A stretch of DNA of 62,947 nucleotides, filler included, from Conidiobolus incongruus B7586 (taxonomy: Eukaryota), in NCBI GenBank assembly GCA_000697335.1. It is 5 parts of 5 records of this genome, joined end to end, with 100 filler letters (N's around TTAATTAATTAA, not from the genome) between each part and the next. Parts side by side here need not be neighbours in the genome. Positions count along the whole stretch, not along the records: positions 17,149 to 30,166 come from JNEM01006242.1; positions 30,267 to 57,635 come from JNEM01006244.1; 3 more parts are not named here. The stretch is one strand, 5' to 3'. Of this stretch, positions 25,866 to 40,536 are shown piece by piece. Both the position numbers and the translations under genes were made by a program. Below the pieces are notes generated by a model. The model saw only the letters and a list, made by a program, of their open reading frames with translations. It had not been told where the DNA came from and did not search any database. Each line of letters starts with the position of its first letter. Within the stretch, counting starts at the first letter, position 1.

Positions 25866-28482
25866 TTAACCTTCCAAGAGCTTTAAGGCTAAAGCTTCTT
25901 GTTCTTCAAGAGTTTGAGGTTCTGAAATTTCCAAGATGTTGGACTTCTTTCTGGAGACTTCGTCGTCGTCTTCATGAGCTCGTTTCTGGTTTCGACGGTA
26001 GTCAACAATTACTTCAGGGTCATCGGAAGCTTCAGATTCGTCGGAATCGGAGCCAGAATCAGATTCAGAATCGGATGAGTCAGAGTCTTGATCATCAGCT
26101 CCAAAATCATCATTATCGGATTCAACATCGGAAGGTAACATTGCAACAACTCCTTCGCCAGTTCCTTCACCTCTTTCTCTGAGTTTTCGAGCAAGTCTCT
26201 TGGCTTTTCTCTTTTCTTTGGCGGTCTTCTTATCTTCAATATCCTCTTGAGCGAGCTTAGCACCCTCAGTTTCGACGTATTGACTTTGAATGGCTTTAAT
26301 ATCGTTCTTTTCCTGGAACTCAATACCGTCTTCGAGTTCGTATAGAGCATGAGCTTCACCTTCATCGTCGAAAATAAGACGTTCAGCTTTGGGTCTTTCC
26401 TTGAGAGCTTTCTTCTTGGCTTTCTGGATCTGTCTCTTGGTCATCTCTGAGGGGTCGAGTTTGGGTAATTCAGAGTCAGATTCACTTTCAGAATCTTCTA
26501 GTTGATGATCTTGACGCTTAATGGTAATGAAATCGTCTTGGTCATCATCAACATCTTCGTGGTCAACCAATTTGTTGTAGTGATCAGCCAAAATTGTTTG
26601 GTTCTTTTTAGCGAAGAGTTTATCGATTTTAGTCTTGGGTTGATTGGAAGCAGTGGTGGCGGAAGTTTCTTCAGTACCGGTTTCGTCTTCTTTGTCACCA
26701 AGCTTGTCTTTATCAGCTTCAACACCATTATCTTTGTGGAGCTTAGTATCATCGACTTCACTGTCACTTTCAGCAGTTTCTTTAGTTTGTCTCTTAGACT
26801 TCTTAGAGAATTTGATATTAGGAGCACCAGGAAGACCCAAAGAGTGTGAGTATTCTTGAACGGGAAGCTTATGGACGTCAAAAGTATCTTTGTCTTTTTG
26901 AATATAGACTGACTTGAGGTAAGAAATGAAAGCTCTTTGACCCAAGTATTTAATTTCAGGATCTTGGAAACAGAAGGATTGAAGTTGAGGTTGAATAGAT
27001 TTAATTTGACTGGAGCGAGCTTCAATCTTATCAACGCTGATCTTGACCTTTTCGAGCTGAGCAAGCATACCTTTTTCTTCGGAAGGAAGTAAGAACATCA
27101 ACGCATTACCAGATGAAGTGTATCTAGCAGTACGCCCAACACGATGAACATAAGTTTCAGCATTTTCGGGACAGTCCACTTGAATAACCCAGTCTACGGC
27201 TGGGAAATCTAAACCACGAGCAGCAATATCGGTACAGAATAAGAATGCATTATTAGAAGATATGAATTTTTCGTAAATTTCTAAACGTTTAAATTGCTTT
27301 TGACGACCATGAAGTTGCATCAAAGGTACACCAGGCTGAAGTTTACAAAATGTTTCGAAAACAAATCGAACCTGTTTACATGCTGAAAAGAATACAATAG
27401 CTTTGCTCTGAAGATGCGTTTTAATAAATGAATAGAGAACATTGAGCTTATTGGGGAGCTCACAGACCATGTAATTATGATTGAGAGATTCTGGTATAGA
27501 GAGTTCAGAGTGTTGATAAACACCAACATATTTGGGATCTTTGAGACTAAGTCTGGCAAGGGCACTGACTGATTTGGTTTGAGTAGCTGAGAAGAGTAAA
27601 GTCTGTCTTGATTTAGGTAAAAATTCAATAATAGCATCCAGAGTTTTTGAGAAACCCAAGTCTAAAATACGATCGGCTTCATCCAATACCAAAATTTGCA
27701 TTTGAGTAGTATCAAATTCAGGGGATTCATACAAATGTTGTAACATTCTACCAGGTGTACACACCAAAATATTCATTTTGCTAATCCTTTCCTTTTCTTC
27801 TTTGACATTTTTACCACCAACAATGACACCAGCTGAAAATGAATGATATTTACCAACTTTTCTTAACACTTGGAAGATTTGGATAGCCTAAATAAATCAA
27901 TTAATTCAAATAAAAATAAAAATAAATAAAAAAATAAGTTTACCAATTCTCTTGTAGGGGAAATAATCAATGCGCCCAAGCCATCTTCTTTGGACCATTT
28001 AAGCTGGTTTAATCTTTCCAAAATCTATAAATTAAAAAATTAATTTTTTAATAAAATAATAATTTAAATTGGTATTTACTGGAAGTAAGAAAGCGAGTGT
28101 TTTTCCGGAACCAGTTTTAGCAGCGCCTAACAAGTCGAAACCTTTTAATGTAAGAGGAAGGGATTTGGATTGAATTTCAGTGGGCTCTAAATAGTTAGCG
28201 GCGTGAAGACCTAAACAATATTAATAAATTTAATCCAATAAAATATTTTAATTTTTTTTACCTTTAATAGACAATTGAGAAATTGGATAATCTGTAAATT
28301 TAGTATAATTTTGAGCTTCGTCTTCATTCTATTTAAAATTAAATAAAATTAAATAATCAAATAATATTTAAAAAAATTACCAATTCCTTTAATTTTTCTT
28401 CAATAATTTTAACTTCGTCAACCTTAGCTTTTGATTTAGCTAATTTTTTAAAATATTGTGATTTTTTGGAAAATTTGCCCAT
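25866..28482 (-). CDS. DBP4: DEAD-box RNA helicase Dbp4/DDX10, 5 exons
   Basis: Upstream exons give Q motif [32 protein letters not shown]; main exon [25 protein letters not shown] and an acidic tail ending [11 protein letters not shown]. Confidence 0.95.
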
Positions 28483-28689
28483 TCTTTGAATTTTTCTCTA
28501 TATTTAGTTCCCAATTAATTATCAAAACTTGGAATGAAACTTTTTAGTAGATATTAAAATAATATGAGTTTGAGTAATTTATTTTAATAAAATTAGTTTA
28601 ATAATTAATTATTATAATGACTTAGGGTTACAAACTATGAAAATTTGGAATAGAACATCCTTTTAAAAATATATTTTGTTTTTCATTAT

Positions 28690-28698
28690 TTATGGGAT
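28690..28698 (-). promoter_or_regulatory. Candidate promoter motif ATCCCATAA (DBP4)
   Basis: Exact copy 208 bp upstream of the ATG. Confidence 0.6.
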
Positions 28699-30166
28699 TT
28701 AGAAAAATCTGGATATGTTATATTTGGATCTGAATTCTAAATCTTTTTTAATGATATAAGGCAATTTTGGGACAAAAATATTTCCCTAATTTTTATTAAG
28801 ATATTTCATTCATATCACCTGAACCTCTGATTGTCAGTAGAAAGATAAGAAAATATATAGTAATTAGCATTGAGTTATTTTTTAGGATTGTATAATATTA
28901 ATTTTGTATTTATTGAAATTATTCAAATATTATTAAATTAGAATATTAAGATTATGATAAAATTTATTAATTTAGATATAGTTAACTGTTGTATTTCAAA
29001 ATTAATCATCCCTTCCAGTTTGATAGCTAAACCAATATTATTTCTATTTTAAGCTGGCTTTGTCAGTCTATAATTGAAGGACACTCTTTGTTCTCTTTGT
29101 TTTCTTTATTAGATTTTATCCAAACCCCATATCATTTATTAATTCAATTATTTAAACCCAACAGTGATAAAGATGGAGAGGAAGTTTTTTTTTCTTTTGG
29201 ATATTCTGCTATAACATCTCAACAATAAGTTCTAAAACCTACAGTCCCAATATGTTAAAGAGCAGGATTAATAAATAATTTACTAAAGCATATTTTGAGT
29301 TCTTTTCTAACTATGACCATTATTTATAAAACTTAATATAACAATATAGCATAACCATGGCATTTAGGTAAAATATAGAATATTTATCCATATTTTTGTA
29401 TTTTTATAAAATTAAAGATTAAAAAAATCAATTTTTTATTATCTTTTTTATATACACAATATGAAAATTAAAGAATTCCAAAATTAACTAAGATAATTGG
29501 TTTTTAATATTAATTTAATATTATTCCAGAAATTTACATTGATTTCGAGCTTATCTATCAATATTCAATCAAAGCCTATATTAAATTATCACTTATAAAA
29601 TAAATATTTAGATACTATTTTAAAATGGTATTTAATTTCAAATAAGCTAGCTTTAAATATTAATTGGGACATATTTAATACAATATAATCTTATTTTCAT
29701 TTTATTTAATTTAACTATATTTTATTAAAAATTATTATTTAGAATCCTTGGTTAAATATATTGATCCTTTGGATATTAAGGCCATTCAAACTAAATATTG
29801 AGTAAATATTTTTATATATAACTCAATATAAAGACTGTAAGTTAAATTTAATAAGCTTGATATTACTTAATAAATATTTCTAATAATTTTACTTAATTAC
29901 TATTATTATAATTAATATAATTATTTATAATCTGTATATAAAGTAATTTTGATTAAATTTAGGTAATATTAGCTACCTTTGTTTATAAATTAAAATTTAA
30001 CAATATCCTGATACTATCATAATTAGTGAATTTAATTATATAATATTAATATATTGGAATTTAAAAGCAAAAACCCAAATGTTAAGTAGAATATAGTTAA
30101 TAATAGAATTTTGACCTTTTATTTTAAAATACAAAACTTATTACTAAGCTTAACATTTAATAATTT

Positions 30167-30266
30167 NNNNNNNNNNNNNNNNNNNNNNNNNNNNNNNNNN
30201 NNNNNNNNNNTTAATTAATTAANNNNNNNNNNNNNNNNNNNNNNNNNNNNNNNNNNNNNNNNNNNN
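30167..30266. other. Assembly linker
   Basis: N44-TTAATTAATTAA-N44. Confidence 0.97.
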
Positions 30267-31113
30267 TTTAATTAAATATATAAGTTTTATTATTAAATTA
30301 TATTGAATATATAATTTTTATAATTATAATAATTTCAAACTTTATATACTATTATGTATATATAATATATAAAATCAATATTAATTTTAATATTTTAAGA
30401 TTTCCATTTTTGTATGAAAATATTAATCAAATTAATTAAATGGACAAATATTATTTGAGCTTTATTTTTTATAATTGATGTATATGTTATAGAAAAAATC
30501 CAATTTTATGATTTTTTTAAAACTTCTGAAGCAATTATTTTATAGCTAATATTGAATATAATATAAATATTAAGGAATTCTTTTAAAATATGTACATATA
30601 ATTATTAATCAATATATAATAGCTATAATTAAAAAATCCTTAAATTTTCTTTTTAACTGTCATCAAATTCCTTGATTTTTTATTTAATCAAACTCAGCAA
30701 TAATCAATTTAATATTTTATAACTGAGGTTTATTTTACAATTAATAATATTTATAAATAAGCAATATTCAAAGATTAAATATAATAATAATGAGTACATT
30801 ATAGAATTTTTGATTATATACATCCTGCTATTGTTTACATTAAGATCAACGAAAAAGATATATATTTTTTATGAAAATATACTATTTTAATAAAAGCATA
30901 TAAATATTACTTATTGAAAAACAATAGTATATAAATTAAATTATCATATTCAAATCAAACTTTGAATATTAATAAAAATATATAATTTAGCTAAATATAC
31001 CCTTTTTTTAAAAAAATAAATAAATAAATAAATAAATTTTTTTAGTAAATTAAAATTAATAGGGTATACATCAATTATATAATATTAAATTTTGAAATTT
31101 AAAAAAAAATTTC

Positions 31114-31149
<36 letters not shown>

Positions 31150-34100
31150 CGTTTGATTTAAAAAAATTTTTTTTAAAAAAAATAAAAATTTATAATTTAT
31201 ATTGAATCATTTTATTTTTTTTTCTTTTAAAATAATAAAATTTTTATTATTTCCCTTATATATATATATATATATAATTATGATTTCACAAATCTAATAA
31301 AATTATTATTAAATTATAATTTCTAAATTGGGCTACAAAGGGCTTTTAGTATACAGCTGTTTTAGACTTGAATTTATAAAGGTTTTTCTCATGTGGAATA
31401 TTTAGCATATTCTCAATTATTAATACCCTTGTTATATATCTCTTTTAACTGATTTTAATGCAGTAATTTTCTTTTTGTGGGCTGATAATATTTTCTTTTA
31501 TTTTAATTTTGTTCTAAGATTTAATCTCATGATTTATTCATTTGCTAAAACTAGCTTTATTTGTGACTACTTAATTTATTGAAAGGAAACTGATTATTTT
31601 ACCAAGTTGTAAAAGTATTTTGAGAATATTAATTGATGTTTGAATAATAGTTAATATTATAATATTTCACTTTCAATTACAAATATAATAATATAGGCGT
31701 CTATACAATAGAAATATTACATCTGACAAAAAGATAATATAGAGGATTCGTAATACAGGAAAAACTATTATGGAATAGCTATATTGTGGAGCTTTATATA
31801 TAATAAAACATCTGTAATCAACGGAAATTATCCTAATAATTTGCATATAATAATTATTACAAAATTGGATTAGATATAAATTAATGAAATGGGAATAATT
31901 TGTAATATATACTTTTAAGTTTTAAATTTAAATTTGCATTAAAATTTTAGTAAATTAACTCCTTTTAATTTCACCGACTTTTTTTATATATATCTTATAC
32001 AATATAGGGAATGAAATTTACACTATTTTATTTATTTAACAAATTAAATATTCACTATCATTAATTTTTGTAATTCATAATGAATAGTATTGTTAATTTA
32101 TATTACTAAAAGGTTTAATTTGAATTAACTCATTTAATAATTAATTAAAAACCATTAGTATAATGAAAAGATTAGAGAATAATAACATTATTGTTATTAA
32201 TTATGCATCTTGATCAATAAATAATTAAATAATTGTGCTTATATGAGTTATATCTTAATAGAAATAATTGCTAATAAGATCTATGCCATTTAGTTTATTA
32301 TTCAATTTGATTACATCGAAATCAATATATTAGGGAGTTATTTTTTGAAATCATCAATTGAGTTTTCAAATGTATATTATGTATTTTAAGTGCGATAAAA
32401 TATACACATATATAATTATCTTATTATATATATTACAATATATTTAATAAATTTAATAAAAATGAAATAATAATTATATTGTAAATACTAAATAAAATTT
32501 TTAGATAACTTTTTTTATTATTTCTAAAATAATTTATATTATAAATAGTTACAAAGAAATAAATAAGAACAATTAAAATATATTGTATTAATATTTCATT
32601 GTATAATTGGATTTTATAGATTGAAATTTCTATTACTAATGAATGATGTGAATAGGTGTAATTTTTATTAGTATATAATAATAAATTAACCAATTCTTGG
32701 TTATAAGTACTTGTCAGTTATCTTTATATTAATTATTTCATTTCATAAAACAAAGGAAATCAAATTTGAAATTTTATTAATCTCAATATTACGAAAAACT
32801 ATTTAAATTAGCAATATATATAGATATATAGCAAATGTTATATTAATTAATTCAAAATTGTACTATTCTAAATTAATCAATCTGAAAATATTAAAATAAT
32901 TATATTATAATAACTTTAAAATTGTTCTTATTTAAATAATTTTAAAGTAAAATTTAATTATAAATAAAAATAATATAGTTTTTTAATTAATAAAAATTAA
33001 AAATTAAATTGATTTATATATAATGAAAAGAAAATTATACTAACCTTAAAAATATATTATTTTAATAATTGCATCATTTTAATAATTAGTATATTAATAA
33101 TATTAGCTAATTTATAAAATACAATGTCTATTATATATATATATGTAATAAAAACAGTAAATTATAAAAGTTAAAATAATTTATCCTATAATTTGTATAA
33201 TTTCGGTAATTTAATTTATTTTGATCTTAAGTTTAACTTTAACAATCCAAATATTTGACTGTTTTCTAATATAATTAAAAATGGTAATTAGTAAAAATTT
33301 GTACTAATACCTAATATACATATTAAGTATTATATCTCTAAGTATATTAGAAACAATTAATAATTTGATTCTGTTTGTGTAAATATAAAAATTTATTTAG
33401 TTGAGCTTAAAATTATCATTTAAAAGTATGAAATTTAAATTTACATAATTTGAATCAATCATTAAACTTCTAGCATTTTCAATTTTAAAAAAAGAAATTC
33501 TTTAAAAATCACGGATATTCTATTTAATCTTTTGAGTTTAGAACATTTTATAAATATTTATATAGTAAAATATTGAATTATTCCCAATATATTATATAAT
33601 AAATTATCAAAATAGTTCTGATTATTCTAGTTTCTGATATAGACAATTAGAGTTTACATTGAAATCATGAAAACTGATAATATAACCATTGCGTGTGAAT
33701 AATGTATTTTTTATATTTGAAAATAGCAATATTGTAGAACCAATGCTCAACTCTATATTATTTAACATATTGAAAAAAAATCAAAATATTTTACTGAATA
33801 CTCAATCTAAATTTTTTATTATTCACAATTTGTTATAATTAATAATATTCTTTGATCACAATTCCTGCAAGTATAATGATAATGAATGCAATGAATACTT
33901 ACATTACTTTTATCATAATATAAAATATTTATATAGAATAAATTCATTAATTATTCTAAATTTGGTTCCGAAAAAATTAGTTTTTTAGATTCGTATAAAT
34001 CTAAAAATCATAAGATATCAACTAACTCAATTTCATCAAATAACCATAATTAAAACCTTAGGTATTGTATAAAATGATTCTTTTAAAACATTTGATAAAT

Positions 34101-34173
34101 ATTTATTTAAATGTATAATATGACTTTGATTACAATTTGTAATAATAAAAAAATTAAGAGAAATGAAAATTCT

Positions 34174-34630
34174 TGTTGCCTCAAGTAATAACGACAGTCC
34201 GATTTCCATTACCGTTTTGACAACCGAGTCTTCAAATAGGTAAGCACTTTTCCTACTATATAGGGAGCAGCATCTGCAAGATGGGTAGCCAAATGAACCA
34301 TGACTGCTTCATCGTATGGAGGTACTCTAGGACCTACTAGAGCTAAGCCAGATATTGTGTCCGGATTAACTTAACTAAAATAAACACGTTTCAAATTAAA
34401 TGAATCGAACAACCGTTGGTTGCCTAATTTGACAGTAACTAATTTGTTATATTTTATTAATGAACTTATATAAGATTTTATAGTCCTTAGTAAATTCATT
34501 CTTGACGGGGTTAGATGGACTCGTGCTAGTGGCTGTTCGAGACCAAGCAGGGGAACTCACTCGATAGTATAGCCACCTATTCGAGGGACACGTGAAAACT
34601 TAATATTAGTCAGTCACTCGTTTGGTGACA
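34174..34630. mobile_element. Solo LTR (third family), 457 bp
   Basis: GC-richer island bounded by TGTTGCC...GGTGACA with 5-bp direct repeat ATTCT at 34169-34173 and 34631-34635. Confidence 0.85.
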
Positions 34631-36223
34631 ATTCTTATTACTTTTAAAATAAATATTTATATCAATGTCTATTATAGTATAAAAATTTTTTATTTTCTAT
34701 TACTAATATTAAAAAAATGTTTCAAATTAAATATTATAATTAATCTTATATTATGTTCTTAGAATCTTTTATAATATTATTTTTTTCAAATTTATAATAA
34801 ATAAATAAATAAAACTTGGCAATAATACATTCTTCAAAGTGCTCAAACATTCAACCCAATTAGTATATTTTAAGCTACTATTTTTAGATACATTAGATGA
34901 AACCATCAAAACATATTACTCATAATTGAATAAATTTAAACAACATTAGTAAAGCATTTTTGTAAATCCTGTTAAATATACGGTATTTTAATATCATTTA
35001 AAATCAAATCCATGAAAGAGTTGATATCCAAATATTTAATATAATATTAAATGAAAAAAAAATTAAAAAAATTATTAATAAATTATTATATCATTATTTA
35101 TTTTATATTATTTGATAATAGAACTTTATTTATAAAAATATTTCAAATATTAAGAATTATTATTTAGTAATTTATTAAAAAAATAATCTAAAAAAAAAGA
35201 AATTAGGATATAAAATAATATTATATAGCTATTAAATCTTAATTATATTAATTATAGAAAATAATTTGAATTAATTAAAAAAAGATCAAATAAAAATATA
35301 TTAATACTAAATTGAATTGTATTTTCAATAAAAAAATTATTATTAAATTAATTAATTGAAGATAGTCATAACTAGATATTGATATATTTATCATTAATAA
35401 ATTCTAATATTCTTTTTTAGCTAACTGATAAATAACTATATATATATATATATTAATAATTTAGAATTTGGACTAGATAATGTTAGTCAAATTTTTAATG
35501 ATGTAATTAAAACAGTATAGCTTAATCACGTTATTGAAATTGAAAAATATTATATCTAATTAGCATTGAACAAAATTTTATTTCATTTATAAAGTCACAC
35601 AATTTGTGATTGCTTTAGATTTGAATTATTATTATTATTTATTAATCTGTTCAAATATATAGAAATATATAAATCATAATAAAAATAATTATATTTTTTT
35701 CACCTATCTCTGGAATTTGTTATAAAATTAACATATTTTTTTTAAAAAATTTTGAAATTAATATACATATTACTAATTCATCCAAAATATTTTATAATAA
35801 TAAAACTAAAAGCTTTAAAAATTTTGTTAATTCATTATATAATTAATTTAGTTAAATATTTTAATATTTATAATTATGAATTATAATAAATAACTAATAT
35901 TAATAATTATAATATCTAAATTTCCTTAATAATCACTCAAAACTTAAAATTAAATTTTTTAATCAAATTACTTTTTAAATCCAATCAATTTGAAACTTAT
36001 CAAACATTTATTGAATACATTAAATTTAAATTTAGATAATTTTAAAACATTTTTTTAATCTTCATTATCTAATCTTTTATTTTTATATTATTCATTTTTT
36101 TTAAAAAAATTATTATATATATATATATATATTAATTAAATATAAAATAAATATAAAAATAATTTAAATATTATAAAATAATAATCTTTTTTTATTTTTT
36201 GTAATTTTTAATAATTATCAAAT

Positions 36224-37234
36224 ATGGGTTTATTTCCCCAAGTTACAACAAATAAACTAGATCAAATTCAAAATAAGCAAAATTCCAACTTTGTTGACCC
36301 TATACTACTTGAATACGAAGATGTAACAATACGAAGAAGCGACTTAGAAACTTTAAACCCTGAAGAGTGGTTGAACGATAATATTATTAGCTTCTTTTAT
36401 ACGTAATATATATTTATTTAAAAAAAATTTTTTCTTTTATTAATATTAATTTCAATATTTAGATATTTAGAAAAGTCAGATAATTTTAACTCTGAAAAAA
36501 TTTTATTATTAAGACCTTCTATAGTACATTTAATAACACATTCTCAAGGTATATCAAATTTATTATATTTATATAACAAAATTAATATATATATTTTTAA
36601 AGATCCTAGATATTTACACCAAGCTTTACCCCCGAATTTGACAGAAAAGATGTATTTATTCATTCCTATTAATGATAATACTTTGATAAATGAAGTTGGA
36701 GGAAATCATTGGTAAATATTTTATTTATTTCATAATTAATATTTAATATTAACATAATAATTAGGTCAATATTAGTTTATTCCAAATTGGAGAAAAGCTT
36801 TTTTTATTATGACTCTTTGAGGGACAGTAATTATAAATATGCTAAATTATCAGCTCAGAAAATTGCCAATTTGTTAAACTTGCAAGGTAAATCATTATCC
36901 TTAGTAAATAATTATATATATTTTTTATTCATTATTTTAATAGAATGTAAATTAAGGTGTATTACATCTCCACAACAACCCAACAGTAAGTTTATATTAA
37001 TCTTATAAATTTATAAAATAATGATTAATTTTATAATAATTAGGTAGCGATTGCGGTATATTCATCATATCGATAACAGAAGTGCTTATCAATCGCATGA
37101 GCAAGCATCCCCACTATTATCTGCAACCTCACGAATGGAATGTCAACTATAACGAACTATATCCACCATACACGCAGCGAGAGAGGATCAAAAACTTAAT
37201 ACTCAAATTAAAATGTGAACACGATCAAAAATAA
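36224..37234 (+). CDS. SENP8: NEDD8-specific protease (SENP8/DEN1/Nep1 type, Ulp1 family), multi-exon
   Basis: DLETLNPEEWLNDNIISF, IPINDN, GGNHW, YYDS, QQPN..DCG catalytic His/Asp/Cys; GT-AG introns. Confidence 0.88.
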
Positions 37235-37263
37235 ATTGCATTTAATATATTTTATTGTAAAGA

Positions 37264-38285
37264 TTACTTCTTTTGTTTATCTTGAACTTCTACATTACTA
37301 GGTTTCTTTAGCATTTTCTTCAACAGGCCAAACAATTTGAAGAACCATATGGTATTAAGCGAATTTAATCCAAGATTAGATATAGTTAAAATAGTAACGA
37401 GATGCTTGGGACTGTTAGGCACGAAAAAAGTGTTATACATATCAACTAAAATAAACAATAATTAATTTATATATAATACAAAAAAAAGATATTAAATTAC
37501 TTAAAAAGTAATAAGATTGATAATAACCCCAGACGATTCTAGCTAAAAAGAATACGACAAATAAGCAGATGCCATTGAATTTATATAGCCATGAAGTTTC
37601 ATAATTTAATTTAGTCTATTCAAATATATTAATACTTTGTATAATTTAAATAAAATTAAAAAACTTACTAAAAACCATCCAAAATTAAGGAATGGAGTGC
37701 TCAATTCAAATAATAAAAATCTAGGTCCATAATACATTAAAAAAGGTGTCTAAAATAATTTTTTTTTGCATTAATTCACTGATGATAATCCGTAGAAAAT
37801 TTAGAATTACATAAGAGATTAAATAAACTGTTAAACATAGTGTTGCATGAATCATGAAATTAAGGTTGAGTGTTTCTTCAGTTAGACACATTAATAAATC
37901 CCAAATAAAATAGCTATGAATGATGTTATTATGATAAAATAATGATATTATGATGATGTACTTACCCACATGCAATTGCATACAAATCCCCGGAAGCTTT
38001 AGCATAGCTGAATACTGTATCCTTAGCCAACTCTTCATTAAATAATACAGGGATAGAGCATACACATAATGTAATGGAATTGACCATAGATACAATATGG
38101 TTGTTCCAACGGGACTTTTGATGAGGTGTATACTTGTTATAAGTGTTAGGTACTAGTAAACTACTTAATTTGCCTCCCAATATGAAGATGAGATGATACA
38201 CTACCGGGGTAATGAGCAGCAATTGATAATGGTCTCGAATTTTAGTGAAACCCAAATGATTTTCAAGAAAGTTTACAATACTCAT
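37264..38285 (-). CDS. TLC-domain membrane protein (TMEM56/Tda4-like), multi-exon
   Basis: WNNHIVSMVNS, GYFIWD, FMIHA, FLLFELSTPFLNFGWF, FFLARI, NSLNTIWF. Confidence 0.88.
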
Positions 38286-40536
38286 TATTTATTAAGTATT
38301 AAAATTATAATGCTGTAATTATATTATGATTTCTATTAATAATTATATAATTATATATATTATTATTGTATTTTAAATAAAATGAAATTTACATTTTATT
38401 GACTTATCAATAAGATTAAATAAACATAAATGTAATTTCAGAATGTGGGACAAATTTCGGCATTTAATCTGTGATAATTTATTCTGTAATAATGAGATCA
38501 TTAATGGGAAATAAAAAAATAACAGTGATATTTTAAAATTTTGTTCTGAATCTAATCATGTTATCATATATATATATATATATATATTGAAAAATTTTAT
38601 AATTTTAATTATTTTAATATTCCAGTTAATAAAAAAGTTAAACTTATTATTATTATTATTATTATTTTTAAATTAAATTCCAAAAAAAAATTTTATATTA
38701 ATAATTTGTTAAAATTTTATGAAGATATAATTAATTTTATTTACAAATAAATATTTAAAAAATCTAATTTTTAATCATTTATTTTTTTTTGAAATTAAAA
38801 TTATTATTGGTTTTTGCTTTTCAAAAGTATAAATGTTGAGAATTTATTGGATTAAATTAACTAAAATCTCTAAATTAATATTATATCAAATATTTAAACT
38901 ATAAAAATAATTTAATAATCAACGTTTGTTACATTGATATACTTGTAATTATTATCAAAGTACAAAATTTAGATAATGTAATTATAGAGTAATCTACTTT
39001 AATTTTTAAGTTCATATTTAACTTAATAATTTGATAAGATTCAATATCAATTAGAGTTGCCTAATTCAAATATATATATATAGAAAGATATTTATATAAA
39101 ATTTCTATTTTGATATTTAACAAATATTAATAGATTGCCAAATATCAAAATAATTGATTAGGAAAATTGAAATTCTTACTTATAATTAAGCTTGTTAAAA
39201 GTTGATCAAATTTGATCACCTTTGTCCAAGTCCCGCACGAAGTCCAGAGGCCTTAAGGGTGTAAGCTCCAACATTAATTCAGGAAGATTGGTTGAATTGA
39301 CTTTTAAATAATAAAAAGTATGTTATTCACAAGATTCATATTTTTATCTACCTTTATAGAAAATTGGAAACATTTGAAAAGCTTACTTGATCCAAGCTAT
39401 ATATGTAAATATCCATAATTACCATAAGTTTTGTATATATGATACTTATCACAAATGATTACTTTGTACCAAAGGTATTCCTTTGTTTTGTCAACTAAAT
39501 TTTATTTAAATCTGATATTAAATTATAACATTTCCCTTATATTTTTGTTCCCAATATATATATTTACTCTTTATCATTTTTTGAGTTTTATGTTCAAGAT
39601 ATAATATAATATAATATTGTTTGATAATCAATTTAATAAGTTTTTTATATATACTTTATAAAATTTTTAGTATTTTTCTGATTTTATTAAATTTTTTTTA
39701 TTATCTTGTATTATTTTTTAAATCAAATTTGCTTCTAACATTATTTGTTTTGTAACCTATAACAATCATAATAAAGATGATAAAATCTCCTAATATCATT
39801 TTTGCAATTTAAAAAACAAACCAAAAAGAGCAATTTATAGTAAAAGTATATATCAAAATCAAAGGCTAGGATTCTTAATTCAGTTATATTCCTTTAAGAG
39901 ATTATATATATTTTTTGATTTCCAGTAGCATTATAAAAAAATTAAATTCACCATATAAAATAATAGCAGGAGGTTGTTAGTATTTATAAGTAAAAAAACC
40001 TAACATTGATTAAGATTAATTAAACTAACTTTATATACAAACTGTAATTATAGCGATAACAATAATAATGAAATGAAAATATAAAATTATTTATAAATTG
40101 GTAACAAGTTTACTAACGCTAACATTAAAATATTTATACTAAGTTAAAGATGATAATATTAACTCAATATATATTATATAGGCTTCAAGTATTCAATCAA
40201 ATATTAAATTAAACTGAGGGTTCAACATTTAATTAAGTTTGAATGTATTTTAATTAGATCTAAATATGACTCAATTGACATTCACAGCTGTATAGTTTGA
40301 AACTAAATTCTATTGTAAAATAATATTCAAGTATCTGTGCTGCAAGTAATATTTTATCTAGGCTGTGATTAAATGTTTTTAGACCTGCTCAGAACCAATA
40401 GAGATCAAGAGAATGGTAAATTATTGAATTAAAAATAATAATTTTTAAAGGTTAACAATTAAACAATAACGAAAAAAAATAAATTTATAAAATTAATGTT
40501 GAATAATGAAACTATTATTTATTCATTAATATGTTT

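Noticed and set aside
25847..27637. Overlapping and antisense ORFs within DBP4 (likewise in AGX1, COX11, DIS3L2, RRP9)
   Set aside because: Shadow ORFs of real coding sequence with no motifs of their own.
30996..31068. TATACCCT...AGGGTATA inverted pair suggesting a tiny MITE
   Set aside because: Only 8 bp, low-complexity interior, no second copy in the window.
34500..34545. GTTCGAGAC B-box-like and CTAACCC telomere-template-like strings suggesting a tRNA, SINE or telomerase RNA
   Set aside because: No cloverleaf; the island is explained by TG..CA ends and a 5-bp TSD.
39195..39300. Short GC island with palindrome TGATCAAATTTGATCA
   Set aside because: Could be an exon remnant, but I could not build a gene model or RNA structure.
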